Positions 16,932 to 29,220 are shown, counted from the stretch's first letter. The stretch: DNA of 64,000 bases from Acidobacteriota bacterium (GCA_963663035.1 OY760074.1:832001-896000); one strand, 5' to 3'. Notes: a model not told the origin generated them from the sequence alone. A program made the numbers and translations.

Positions 16932-19712
16932 ATGAAGTGGCTGTTTCTCCTCCTGTTTTCCTGGGTTTCGGGCGCTTCTTTTCAGGCCGATTTGCTGGCT
17001 GGAAGTCAACGTCGCTCCGCTCAACCTCCAGAGTATTTCAAGGAATTTGAGGCCAGAGAAGACGAGGGGAACTTAACGCGAGTCGTCCTTCGCAACGGCT
17101 TGACGATTCTGATCGAAGAACAGCCACTGGAAGCGCTGGCGACGGTGGTGACCTATATCCGGGCGGGTTACTCACAGGAGGAGGAAGACAACAGAGGAGT
17201 CAGTCACCTCCTGGAGCGGCTCTATCTGTACCGAAGCGAAGTCGTTTCTGAGATGATCAGCTTGGGAGTGATGCTGAATGTCACCACCAACTATGACGGG
17301 ACTCTCATCTCTTCGACCGGTGCGGCTGAAAGTGTCTCGGAAACGCTGGAGCTTCACGCTGGGCTCTTGCAGGCTCCTCAAATTGATCCACAGGGACTCG
17401 CCCTGGAGGTTGAGTTCCTTCAGGCAGAAAGACTTCTCCAGCTGGACTCACCTCGGGTCTTTGCCAAGCAGAAACTCCTGGAGTTGGTTTATCCGGAAGG
17501 GCCACCAGGAGGGTTCCTGTCCGAAGGCGAGAGCTTTTCTGGACTGACAGAGCTGGATTCCACTCTTGAGCAGTTAGCTCGGTTCCACGAGAACTATTAT
17601 CACCCCGAGAACGTCATCCTGGCCGTTTCAGGAGCGGTGCGCCGCGAACGGATCCTGGAGAAGGTGGTGGAGTTTTACAGCCCCATGAAATCACCGAAAA
17701 GAGATAGCCAGGAGTCGGAAGAGCCTGCCAGTCGCGAGCCAGGTGGAGGAACGAATTCCTTTTCCTATCTCCATCTACGCGGCAACCACCAGCAGCCCTA
17801 TTTGCTCTTTGCCTATCGGATCCCGGGTCTGGAACATGATGATTATTTCCCCTTGCAAGTCCTTTCCTACATTCTGGGGCGAGGACGTGGTGCGCTTTTG
17901 CAGCAGTCGATGGTCGAGAAGGACGACAGTGCTCTTGAAGTGGTCGTCGAAGTGGAGCCCTTCCAACAAGGAGGAACCTTCCTGTTCTCTGTGACTCCCA
18001 ATTTGGAAAAGGTGGACCGGGCTGAAGTCCAGGTGTTGGCTCAATTGGAAGCTCTCAAACGACAGGGAATTTCGATTGAGCAGTTGGACCGAGCCAAAGC
18101 ACTCCTGTTGAGGGAACATTATCAAGGGTTGCAGAGCCTTGAGCAGCGAGCCAACTCTCTGGCCCGGCACGAGGCATTGGGGAATTACCTTGAGCGTGAC
18201 GGGGTAGTGGAAGTGTTGACCCAGGTCACTCCCGAACGGGTCTCCCAGGTGCTGGAGCGCTACTTCACTGACCCCAATCTCTCACTGCTGGAATACTTTC
18301 CACAAAATGCAGAGCCCCGCACTTTCACCCCGGAGAGCCTTCTGGAAACCCTGCGTCTGTTAGTTTCCAGCGTTCTTCATGAGCAGGCGGATCCAACCGA
18401 CGAACTTCTGGTAGTCGAGACCGAATCGAGTTTCCAGCCCCCTGAGTTTCATCCCAAGTACCTGACTTATGATCTCAAACGGACTTCAGTCCTGCGGGGT
18501 CCCATCATCTACTTTAAGGAAGAGCATGTCGTTCCTCTCGTGCACCTGGGGCTCTTTTACCCGGGAGGCCGAATCGAAGAATCCGCTCAGGACTTCGGTA
18601 TCACTGACCTGCTGCTTAGAGCGTTACTTCGAAACGCCGTTTCCGGCGAAGATTCCATTTCCTTCACTGAACTGGAGCGTCTGGGAGCTGAGATAAAGCT
18701 GGTCAATGAAAAAGATTTTTTTGGCTTCCAGGTGACCGCTCTATCGCCTCACCTGGAGAAGGTTCTGGGAACTCTCATTGGCTGGACTCGTGAGGCAGCC
18801 GTGGAAGAAGAAGATCTCACATCGGCCCGTCAGGAGGTCCTGGCACTCCTGGACCGGGAAAAGGAGACCAGATTTCTTCATCTCCTGGACTTGACCCGCA
18901 GCCTCGTCTTTCACGAACACCCCTATGGCGTGAGTCGATACGGGACGAGGCAGAGCGTTTCCAGTGTGACTCTTGAAGCCGTTCAAGACTGGTTGGAAAG
19001 TCACATGACGCGTGTCCATCCGTTCATTGTGATCAGGGGAGATATCGAGGGGACCTCGTTTTTGCGGGAGTTTGTCTCCATCCTCAGCAACGTCATGTAT
19101 GACAGCGGAGTGCCTGTCGAAAGGGAGATATGGGAGGAAGAGGATCAGTCGGATTCCGCAGGGGAGCTGATCTTCGAAGAACAGAGTGGTGAGATGGTGA
19201 TGGCTTTCCGGGGACCTGCCAGGGGGACACGTCAAGAGGCTGCGCTGGATGTCCTGGAAGGAGCTTTGCTCAGTCCAGGGGGACCTCTCTGGGATTCACT
19301 TCGAAACCAGGGTCTGGCCTACCGACTCAAGATGTTTCACGAGACGGGTCTCAATGGGGGAGCCATCTTCACCTCGTTTGCCACCTTGCATGGCAAGGAG
19401 GAATCTGCCCGCCTCGAATTCCTGAAGCAGCTGAGTCAGCTGGAGCAAGTACCGCTGGCACAGACAGACTTTCTCAACGCTGTAGTGGGTGCCATTACCA
19501 GGTTTCACATCCGGCAGCAGGCAGGAGAGAGTTACATCCTCGAGCTGGGGCAGAGTATTTTGGCGAAAGAGGGAGTCGACTCCCTTCGACAGTATCCCTT
19601 CACACTCCAAAACATTCGCCGCGAGGATGTCATGTCCGTCGCAAAGGAATATTTTAGGAGAGAGGAGTCAGGAGACAGGAGTCAGGAGGCAGGAGAGAGG
19701 AGTCAAGAGTGA
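16932..19712 (+). CDS. M16 (insulinase) family protein, probably catalytically degenerate
   Basis: LRNGLTIL..., YYHPENVILAVSG, HPYG domain repeats; HLLER in place of HxxEH. Confidence 0.85.
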   Translation: MKWLFLLLFSWVSGASFQADLLAGSQRRSAQPPEYFKEFEAREDEGNLTRVVLRNGLTILIEEQPLEALATVVTYIRAGYSQEEEDNRGVSHLLERLYLYRSEVVSEMISLGVMLNVTTNYDGTLISSTGAAESVSETLELHAGLLQAPQIDPQGLALEVEFLQAERLLQLDSPRVFAKQKLLELVYPEGPPGGFLSEGESFSGLTELDSTLEQLARFHENYYHPENVILAVSGAVRRERILEKVVEFYSPMKSPKRDSQESEEPASREPGGGTNSFSYLHLRGNHQQPYLLFAYRIPGLEHDDYFPLQVLSYILGRGRGALLQQSMVEKDDSALEVVVEVEPFQQGGTFLFSVTPNLEKVDRAEVQVLAQLEALKRQGISIEQLDRAKALLLREHYQGLQSLEQRANSLARHEALGNYLERDGVVEVLTQVTPERVSQVLERYFTDPNLSLLEYFPQNAEPRTFTPESLLETLRLLVSSVLHEQADPTDELLVVETESSFQPPEFHPKYLTYDLKRTSVLRGPIIYFKEEHVVPLVHLGLFYPGGRIEESAQDFGITDLLLRALLRNAVSGEDSISFTELERLGAEIKLVNEKDFFGFQVTALSPHLEKVLGTLIGWTREAAVEEEDLTSARQEVLALLDREKETRFLHLLDLTRSLVFHEHPYGVSRYGTRQSVSSVTLEAVQDWLESHMTRVHPFIVIRGDIEGTSFLREFVSILSNVMYDSGVPVEREIWEEEDQSDSAGELIFEEQSGEMVMAFRGPARGTRQEAALDVLEGALLSPGGPLWDSLRNQGLAYRLKMFHETGLNGGAIFTSFATLHGKEESARLEFLKQLSQLEQVPLAQTDFLNAVVGAITRFHIRQQAGESYILELGQSILAKEGVDSLRQYPFTLQNIRREDVMSVAKEYFRREESGDRSQEAGERSQE

Positions 19713-19825
19713 GGAGACAGAAGACAGACCACAGACCACAGACCACAGACCACAGACCGCTTAGCTCCTACCTCCTATCTCCTACCTCCTGTCTTCTACC
19801 TTCTACCTCCTACCTCCTGACTCCT
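19656..19825. repeat. heptamer repeat cluster (AGGAGNC / ACAGACC / CTCCTAC) with complementary halves
   Basis: read directly from the sequence. Confidence 0.85.
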
Positions 19826-19845
19826 TCCTTGTCAGGGGTCCACCC

Positions 19846-20907
19846 ATGAAGGCGGTGATCATGGCGGGGGGGCAGGGGACTCGCTTCTGGCCTGCCAGCC
19901 GGGAAGGACAACCCAAGCAGTTTCTGAAGATTACCGGCTCCGGGACGCTGCTTCAGGAAACCGCGGCTCGACTGCAGCCCGTGCTTGCCCGGCAGGATCT
20001 CTACGTGGTGTGCGGCCGGCAATATGTCCGACAGGTCCGCGACCAACTTGATCAGCTCGCTGAAAATCAGGTTATTGTCGAGCCCTCAGCCCGCAATACG
20101 GCAGCGTGTGTGGGACTGGCCGGCTGCTATTTGAAACGTCGGTTTCCCGATGAAGTCATGGCGATACTGCCCTCAGATCACGTGATAGAGGAGGTGGAGG
20201 AGTTTCATCAGGTTCTACAGGCCGCTGAGGAACTTGGAAGGGAGGGCTGGTTAGTGACCCTCGGCATCCGCCCCGCCTATCCGGCAACGGGTTACGGTTA
20301 TTTGAAAAGAGGAGAGAGCCTCGGGGAGTTTGGAGGGTGTGAGGCTTTTCAGGTCGCGGGATTCACCGAGAAGCCGGGGCGCGCTGAGGCGGAGGGTTTT
20401 TTGAAAGAGGAGAACTATTACTGGAACAGTGGAATGTTTCTCTGGTCCATTGACAGGATTCTGGCAGAGATTGAAGTGCATATGCCTGATTTGCACCAGG
20501 CCCTGATGGAAATTGAGGGAAGTTGGGATAACCGTGCCCGCATGGAGGAGATCTATTGCGGGATTGAGAAGACTTCCATCGACGTTGGGGTGATGGAGAA
20601 GTCTGAGAAGGTCGCTGTCCTTCCTTGCCGTCTGGGATGGAGTGATGTGGGGAACTGGTGGGCTTTGGAACAGGTCGCAGCCAGCGATGGGGAAGGGATA
20701 ACATCCAACACCCGCTTGGTCAATATCGACAGCCGCGACTGCGTTGTTCACACTTCACAGGGTAAATTGGTCGCCCTGGTGGGAGTAAAGGATCTGGTGG
20801 TGGTTGACTCTCCCGATGCTCTCTTGGTTTGTGCCAAGGAACACAGCGAGGATGTCAAGCAGGTCGTTGAGAAACTCAGAGGCGAAGGTTGGGACGAATA
20901 TTTGTAG
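19846..20907 (+). CDS. manC: mannose-1-phosphate guanylyltransferase
   Basis: MAGGQGTRFWPASR..PKQF, EPSARNTA, FTEKP, WNSGMF, WSDVG. Confidence 0.93.
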   Translation: MKAVIMAGGQGTRFWPASREGQPKQFLKITGSGTLLQETAARLQPVLARQDLYVVCGRQYVRQVRDQLDQLAENQVIVEPSARNTAACVGLAGCYLKRRFPDEVMAILPSDHVIEEVEEFHQVLQAAEELGREGWLVTLGIRPAYPATGYGYLKRGESLGEFGGCEAFQVAGFTEKPGRAEAEGFLKEENYYWNSGMFLWSIDRILAEIEVHMPDLHQALMEIEGSWDNRARMEEIYCGIEKTSIDVGVMEKSEKVAVLPCRLGWSDVGNWWALEQVAASDGEGITSNTRLVNIDSRDCVVHTSQGKLVALVGVKDLVVVDSPDALLVCAKEHSEDVKQVVEKLRGEGWDEYL

Positions 20908-20908
20908 C

Positions 20909-22030
20909 ATGAGTGGAAAACTGGACGATCTTGAGACGATTAGAAAGTGCGATAAGCAGGGGATGTTGGGGATTCTCAACAGTTTCGACCGGCAGTTGGA
21001 GGAAGCTCTTGAGATTGGGCTGCAAGCTGATATCTCAAGCCAGAGAACCGTCGGAACGGTTCTTGTGTGCGGGATGGGAGGTTCGGCCATGGCCGGGGAC
21101 TTCCTGCGTGCTTATCTGGGAACCGATCTCAAAGTTCCCCTTTTTGTGAACCGCAACTATTCCATTCCCGGCTTTGCCGATGAGAACACACTGGCCCTTA
21201 TCTGCAGTTATTCAGGAAATTCGGAGGAGACACTCTCGGCCTTCCACGAAGCTCGCAGGATGGGGTGTCACATCATCTGCTTGGGCAGCAACGGAGAACT
21301 TCAGAGTTACTCAAATGAATATGGCTACCCATTCCTACAGATTCCGGGCGGTTCCCCGCCACGCACGGCTTTGGGGTATCTGGCCATTCCGCTGCTCATC
21401 GTTTTAGCCCGGCTGAGCCTGATTTCAGATCGTAGTGAGGAAATCGGCCGCTCTGTGAGCTGGGTGAAGAGCCGAATTGAACTGTATGGGTTGGAAGCTC
21501 CAGAGGAAGGAAATGCGGCCAAAGGGCTGGCTTTGCAAGTTCACCAGAAAATTCCGGTGGTCTACGGGAGTGAGGGTCGGCTGGAGATCGTCGCCAAACG
21601 ATGGCGAAGCCAGTTTTGTGAAAATGGAAAGCAGCTGGCTTACTCGAGTGCTTTACCCGAGATGAATCACAATGAGATTGCGGGTTGGAAGCACCCGGCT
21701 CCAGCCCTTCAGCAGCTGTTTCCCATATTCTTGCGGGACCGGGAAGACCATCCTCAAATCCAGGCTCGAACGGAAATGACGCGCCGGCTGGTGGCGGAGA
21801 AGGCGGGGGCCTTTCTGGAATTCTGGAGCGAGGGAGAGAGCTGGCTGGAGCGTCTGTGGACACTGATCCTGTTGGGGGACTATGCCAGTCTTTACCTGGC
21901 TTGCTTGAATCGTGAGAATCCCACCCCGATGCAAGTGGCTGAAGATCTGAAGATCCGTCTGAGACAGCAGGGGGCAAAAGATAATCAAGGGGGAGACCAG
22001 AATCAATCCAGAGATCTTTCGAGAGTATGA
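20909..22030 (+). CDS. bifunctional phosphoglucose/phosphomannose isomerase
   Basis: GMGGSA, SYSGNSEET, ENGK, PEMNHNE. Confidence 0.9.
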   Translation: MSGKLDDLETIRKCDKQGMLGILNSFDRQLEEALEIGLQADISSQRTVGTVLVCGMGGSAMAGDFLRAYLGTDLKVPLFVNRNYSIPGFADENTLALICSYSGNSEETLSAFHEARRMGCHIICLGSNGELQSYSNEYGYPFLQIPGGSPPRTALGYLAIPLLIVLARLSLISDRSEEIGRSVSWVKSRIELYGLEAPEEGNAAKGLALQVHQKIPVVYGSEGRLEIVAKRWRSQFCENGKQLAYSSALPEMNHNEIAGWKHPAPALQQLFPIFLRDREDHPQIQARTEMTRRLVAEKAGAFLEFWSEGESWLERLWTLILLGDYASLYLACLNRENPTPMQVAEDLKIRLRQQGAKDNQGGDQNQSRDLSRV

Positions 22031-23366
22031 TATTCGCGGAATAGCCGACACAGATCTCAGCGACGAGGTTGTGATCACCTTGGGACGTGCTTTGGGCACT
22101 TACCTGCAGAGGCAGGGTTGTCAACGCCTCACGCTGGGGCGGGATTGCCGTCTGAGCTCGACACGACTGAGGGACTCTTTGTCAGAGGGGCTTCTCTCAA
22201 CGGGCGCCACTGTTGTGGATGTCGGGGTGTGCCCGACTCCTGTCCTCTACTTTTCGCTTCACCATCTCGACGCCCAGGGGGGAGTCATGATCACGGGCAG
22301 CCACAATCCGGCCCAATACAATGGCTTCAAGGTCGCCGCAGGAAAGTCCACTATCTATGGAGATCAGATTCAGGAAGTGGGGCAGATAGCCCAGTCGGGC
22401 GACTTTGTTGAGGGGGAGGGCGCAATGGAGGAGGTCTCCCTCAGTTCTGACTACCGCCGCTATTTGGGGGAGGTGCTTGGTCCTCTGAGCAACCCCCCTC
22501 GAGTCGTGGTTGACGCCGGGAACGGAACCACTGCCCTTTTAGCACCCCAGATCTACAGGGACCTTGGTTGCGAAGTGACTGAACTCTACTGCACCATGGA
22601 CGGACATTTCCCCAACCATCATCCCGATCCCACAGTGCTCGAGAACCTGCAAGATCTCATTCAGAAAGTCGACCAGGAGCAGGCTGACCTGGGGATTGCC
22701 TTTGATGGCGATGGCGATCGTATCGGGGTGGTGGATGATCAGGGCAACGTCATCTGGGGGGACTATTTGATGATTCTTTACAGCCGTGAGATCCTGAGCC
22801 GAAGACCGGGAGCCACCATCATTGCGGAAGTAAAGTGTTCCAAGAACCTCTACGACGACATCGAGAGAAACGGTGGGCGCGGGCTCATGTGGAAGGCTGG
22901 ACACTCCCTGATAAAGGCCAAGATGAGAGAGGAGAATGCACCTCTGGCAGGAGAAATGAGTGGGCATATGTTCTTTGCCGACCGATACTTCGGATACGAC
23001 GATGCCATCTATGGCGGTGCGCGTCTCCTGGAGATTCTTTCCGAAAGTGGCAAGCCCATCTCTCAAATGCTGGCTGATGTTCCCAAGACTTACAGTACCC
23101 CCGAGATTCGGGTCGAGTGTCCGGAGCATTTGAAATTCGAAGTGGTGAGCCAAGCCCAGGCATTTTTCAGTCAGCATTATGAAACCATCACCGTGGATGG
23201 TGTGAGGCTCCTGTTTGATGATGGCTGGGGCCTGATTCGCGCTTCCAATACCCAGCCAGCACTTGTCCTGCGTTTTGAAGCCCAATCGCAGGAGCGGTTG
23301 AAGGAAATTCGATCCCTGATTGAGGGCAAGCTGGAAGAGTTCAAGGAAGCCGTCATTCCTCGCTAG
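22002..23366 (+). CDS. phosphomannomutase/phosphoglucomutase (start codon uncertain)
   Basis: IFREYDIRG, TGSHNP, FDGDGDR, GEMSGH, RASNTQP. Confidence 0.9.
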   Translation: MNPEIFREYDIRGIADTDLSDEVVITLGRALGTYLQRQGCQRLTLGRDCRLSSTRLRDSLSEGLLSTGATVVDVGVCPTPVLYFSLHHLDAQGGVMITGSHNPAQYNGFKVAAGKSTIYGDQIQEVGQIAQSGDFVEGEGAMEEVSLSSDYRRYLGEVLGPLSNPPRVVVDAGNGTTALLAPQIYRDLGCEVTELYCTMDGHFPNHHPDPTVLENLQDLIQKVDQEQADLGIAFDGDGDRIGVVDDQGNVIWGDYLMILYSREILSRRPGATIIAEVKCSKNLYDDIERNGGRGLMWKAGHSLIKAKMREENAPLAGEMSGHMFFADRYFGYDDAIYGGARLLEILSESGKPISQMLADVPKTYSTPEIRVECPEHLKFEVVSQAQAFFSQHYETITVDGVRLLFDDGWGLIRASNTQPALVLRFEAQSQERLKEIRSLIEGKLEEFKEAVIPR

Positions 23367-23388
23367 AAGCAGTCGTTCCGCGCCAGGG

Positions 23389-23599
23389 AGCCGGAATTAT
23401 GCATAGGTTTTCGTGACGAAGTGCCGCAGGCGCCTCGATGACAAGGCGTGTGAGGGGTACCCGCTTGCGGGTCGGGCCCCGCAGGTGTGCTCATGCAGTA
23501 CGCCGAGGAGCCCAAGGGGTACCCGCTTGCGGGTCGCACAACGCAGTCAGCGTGGATGATTGCGGCACTGCAGTAGAAAACTTATGCATAATACCGGCT
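23389..23599. mobile_element. MITE-like element, copy B
   Basis: TIRs AGCCGGAATTATGCATA / TATGCATAATACCGGCT. Confidence 0.82.
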
Positions 23600-23632
23600 A
23601 GCTAAGGTATCCTTGAGGGCTGGAATCGAGAA

Positions 23633-24445
23633 ATGAACAACTATCATGTTCTCATAATCAGTGACGGCACGGGCGAGACGGCCAACAGAATGCTGAAGGC
23701 CGCCATGGTACAGTTTGGAGAGGATATCTTCGTCACCCGCCATGCCAACGTCCGCGAGCAGGACCAGATCAAGTCCATTCTGGCGCGCATTTCCAGCGAT
23801 AATATCTTGGTTTTACATACCTTTGCTTCCAGGGAGCTGCGCGATTTTATGGAGCGTCTGACTTCAGAACAGGGTGCCCAATCCGTTGATTTGCTGGGCC
23901 CGCTGATGGATACGCTGGGTTCTCTTTTTCATAAGGCGCCGGTTGCCCAACCTGGTCTGCTGCATCGAGTGGATGATGAGTATTTGTCGCGAATGGATGC
24001 GATTGACTATGCCATCCGTCACGATGACAAACGCGCCCTGACGGACCTGGAGACGGCCGATATCGTCCTGTTAGGGGTGAGCCGAACCTCCAAGACACCG
24101 CTGGGACTCTTTCTGGCTCAGGAAGGGTGGAAAGTGGCAAATATTGCCATCGTTCACGGGAAAAAATTACCCGCCCGGCTTTTTGAAGTCGACCAGAAGA
24201 AAATCGTAGGTCTCTCCATTGATCCCAAGCGGCTTGCCGAGATGCGTCGCGCCCGGCTTCAGCGGGGAGATATGAAGGATAAAAATTATGCGGAGATGGA
24301 TCGCATAAACGAGGAGTTAGAGTACGCCCACTCCCTTTACAGCAGCAACCCCGGCTGGCCGGTCATTGATGTCACCGGCAAGTCACTGGAAGAAATTTCT
24401 CAGGAAGTTCTCGGTGCCTTGCTGGGTAAGGGCCGGAAGCTTTAG
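23633..24445 (+). CDS. PEP synthase/PPDK regulatory kinase-pyrophosphorylase (DUF299)
   Basis: ISDGTGETA, HDD, GVSRTSKTP, IDVTGKSLEE. Confidence 0.92.
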   Translation: MNNYHVLIISDGTGETANRMLKAAMVQFGEDIFVTRHANVREQDQIKSILARISSDNILVLHTFASRELRDFMERLTSEQGAQSVDLLGPLMDTLGSLFHKAPVAQPGLLHRVDDEYLSRMDAIDYAIRHDDKRALTDLETADIVLLGVSRTSKTPLGLFLAQEGWKVANIAIVHGKKLPARLFEVDQKKIVGLSIDPKRLAEMRRARLQRGDMKDKNYAEMDRINEELEYAHSLYSSNPGWPVIDVTGKSLEEISQEVLGALLGKGRKL

Positions 24446-24656
24446 ATCGGATTATGCATGAATTCTCTACTGCAGCGCCGAAATCATCCGTCCTGCCTGT
24501 GTTGCGCGACCCGCACAAGCGGGTACCCCTCGGCCTCCTCAACGTACTGCAGAGAGTACGTTTGCGGGGATCGACCCGTGGCGGGTACCCCTCGCGCGCC
24601 TTGCCAGGTTGGCGCCTTCGTCGCTTCGTGACGAGAACCTATGCATATTCCGGGCT
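24444..24656. mobile_element. MITE-like element, copy C, inverted relative to copy B
   Basis: ends AGATCGGATTATGCATG / TATGCATATTCCGGGCT; reverse-complement similarity to 23389-23599. Confidence 0.8.
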
Positions 24657-24677
24657 TATAGATCTGCGGTAATCTCC

Positions 24678-25538
24678 ATGAGCATGATTCTTGCCGAGAA
24701 GTACCACAGCTGTGGAAATGACTTCCTGATCGTTGCTTCCAGTGAAGTTCAAGCGGAACAATACTCGAATCTTGCCCAGGCCATCTGTGATCGCAACTTT
24801 GGCGTCGGGGCCGATGGCTGCGTGGTCGTGAGAGAGAGCTCCTCCGCCCAGTTCCATCTGAAGATCTTCAATCGGGATGGAACTGAAGCAGCGATGTCGG
24901 GTAACGGTTTCCGTTGTGGATGTGCTTTTTTGCATCGTCACAGCCGGGTGAGTCAACCGGAAGTCACCGTTCAGTCCGGTTCGGGAGTGAAGAAGTACAC
25001 TCTGCTTGAAGAGGCAGAAGGATTTTGGAAATACAGGTCTCGGATGGGAGAGCCTGCCTTTGAACCCGCTGCCATTCCCTTTAAGGCTCCCTCAGAGTTG
25101 GAACAGGTGGTGGGATATTCCCTGGAGGTTCCAGGGGGAACGGTCTCTATCGCGGCACTTTGGGTGGGGAACCCCCAGTGTGTTGTTTTTGTGGAGGAGC
25201 TCCCCACAGGGGTTGAGCTTGAGAGGCTCGGCAGTGGGCTGGAGTGTCACCCCTCGTTTCCGGAAAGGACGAATGTCAGTTTCGTCCAGGTCAAGGACCC
25301 TCACCATTTGAAGATCAAACTCTGGGAGCGTGGTGTTGGAGAAACCCATAGCTCGGGTACCGGTGCCTGTGGCGCAGCGGTGGCTGCCATTCGTTCCGGA
25401 CAAGCCCAGTCTCCGGTCGACGTCCAGAGCCCGAAAGGATCTCAGCAAGTGGAGTGGAATCCCGGCGGCGAGATGCTTCTCACAGGCGAGGCCGAATTCA
25501 TTGGTGAGGTCAAATTTCATTGGAAGCAAGGTGTCTGA
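24678..25538 (+). CDS. dapF: diaminopimelate epimerase (Ser/Ser active-site variant)
   Basis: KYHSCGNDF, GVGADG, MSGNG, GNPQ, TNV, ERGVGETHSSGTG. Confidence 0.88.
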   Translation: MSMILAEKYHSCGNDFLIVASSEVQAEQYSNLAQAICDRNFGVGADGCVVVRESSSAQFHLKIFNRDGTEAAMSGNGFRCGCAFLHRHSRVSQPEVTVQSGSGVKKYTLLEEAEGFWKYRSRMGEPAFEPAAIPFKAPSELEQVVGYSLEVPGGTVSIAALWVGNPQCVVFVEELPTGVELERLGSGLECHPSFPERTNVSFVQVKDPHHLKIKLWERGVGETHSSGTGACGAAVAAIRSGQAQSPVDVQSPKGSQQVEWNPGGEMLLTGEAEFIGEVKFHWKQGV

Positions 25539-26667
25539 GCAGGCTTTGATCGAGAAAATCCAAGGCGAAACAGATCAGATCATCGAACTGCTGCGCAGCC
25601 TGGTCGAACGTGAAAGTCCCAGTCGCCGCAAGGACCTGGTAGATCAGGTGGGTGCTTGCATTGTAGAGCACGTGGTTGCCCAAGGTTTGACCCCTCAAGT
25701 TGTCCCCCGCAAGGAGGTCGGTGACCTCATCTGGGCGGAATGGGGAGAGGAAGAAGAGGGACGCATTCTTGTCCTCTCTCACATTGACACCGTTTGGGAG
25801 GCTGGCAGCCTGGCCCGAAATCCATTTCGCGTGGAAAACGGTCGCGTCTACGGACCTGGCATTTTTGATATGAAGGCCGGTGTTGCCGCCACGCTGAAGG
25901 TTCAGGAGTACCTCGCGCGAGGTTGGATCTCTCCGCGCAGGAAGGTGCGTTTTCTCTATACCACTGACGAAGAACTCACCAGCACCTACAGCCGGGACCT
26001 CATCGAGGAGTTTGCCCAGGAGAGTGACCTGGTGCTTGTCACTGAGCCGCCGCTTCCGGGGGGCGAATTAAAGACCTCTCGCAAGGGTGTCGGGACCTAC
26101 CTTGTCAAGATTCATGGAAAGTCGGCCCACTCCGGTCTGGAGCCCGAAAAGGGAATCAATGCGGTGGAGGAACTGGCCAGGCAGATCCTGGACATTCAGT
26201 CTCTGTCGGCGCTTGCTGAAGGGACAACCGTGACGGTCACCCAAGTCCAGGGAGGCCGTGCCCTGAATGTTATCGCCGACTACGCTGAGGCTACTGTGGA
26301 CACACGATTTAGAACCACTGAGGAAGCACAGCGTGTGGATGGGGGGATTCGCAATCTCCAACCGAATCTGCCCGGGATTCGCCTTGAAGTCGAAGGAGGC
26401 ATCGACCGATCTCCCATGGTCAAAACACCCCGCTCTGAAGAGATGTTCGAGTCGGCTCAGGGAGTTGCCACGGAACTGGGGTTCGATTTAGGTGAAGGGG
26501 AAAGTGGTGGCGGCAGTGACGGGAATATCACTGCCGCCCTCGGAGTTCCCACACTTGACGGTCTGGGAATTTCCGGGGATGGGGCCCATGCCTGGCACGA
26601 GCATATCGAAGTGAGTGCTCTGGCCCCACGCATTGCTTTGCTGGCCCGCCTCATTGAACGTCTATAG
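25531..26667 (+). CDS. M20 metallopeptidase (glutamate carboxypeptidase-like)
   Basis: HIDTVW, GPGIFDMKAG, DEE, GGSDGN, GAHAWHE. Confidence 0.9.
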   Translation: MSEQALIEKIQGETDQIIELLRSLVERESPSRRKDLVDQVGACIVEHVVAQGLTPQVVPRKEVGDLIWAEWGEEEEGRILVLSHIDTVWEAGSLARNPFRVENGRVYGPGIFDMKAGVAATLKVQEYLARGWISPRRKVRFLYTTDEELTSTYSRDLIEEFAQESDLVLVTEPPLPGGELKTSRKGVGTYLVKIHGKSAHSGLEPEKGINAVEELARQILDIQSLSALAEGTTVTVTQVQGGRALNVIADYAEATVDTRFRTTEEAQRVDGGIRNLQPNLPGIRLEVEGGIDRSPMVKTPRSEEMFESAQGVATELGFDLGEGESGGGSDGNITAALGVPTLDGLGISGDGAHAWHEHIEVSALAPRIALLARLIERL

Positions 26668-26712
26668 CCCCTGAATTGACTAATCTCCCCCTTCTGAGTA
26701 AGTTTGCTCCGC

Positions 26713-28909
<2,197 letters not shown>

Positions 28910-28918
28910 TGCCCTTCA

Positions 28919-29179
28919 TTACTCTGTCGGGTCGCTTGAAGCGTCGATCCTTGCCGTATACCCGTTGGTTCCGGAAAAACTGAATCCTTCCTTCTCGTTA
29001 TCGTGGATCAATGCAACCGTTTTGTATTGAGTATGGTTGAGGCAGGGGCACGCCAGGTCGCAGCTGCACGCATCTATGTCGTCGGCTTTCAGCTCCCACT
29101 TTGAAGTCGGAAGGGATGCTGCCAAGACTGGCGCTAATGCGATCCAAGTTTTGATCAATACAGCGGACCAGCCGATCAT
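28919..29179 (-). pseudogene. probable internally deleted DUF1326-like gene
   Basis: signal peptide plus WEL..D.IDACSCDLACPC joined directly to a C-terminal-like FSFSGTNGY; only 86 aa. Confidence 0.5.
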
Positions 29180-29220
29180 GATTGCTCTTTTGTTGAGTCC
29201 ATTATTGGTGCTTCGCTAGC

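Noticed and set aside
19656-19825. possible CRISPR array in the repeat clusters (also 41356-41532 and 12477-12774)
   Set aside because: Units are 7-bp tandem repeats or one exact duplication, with no unique spacers and no cas genes.
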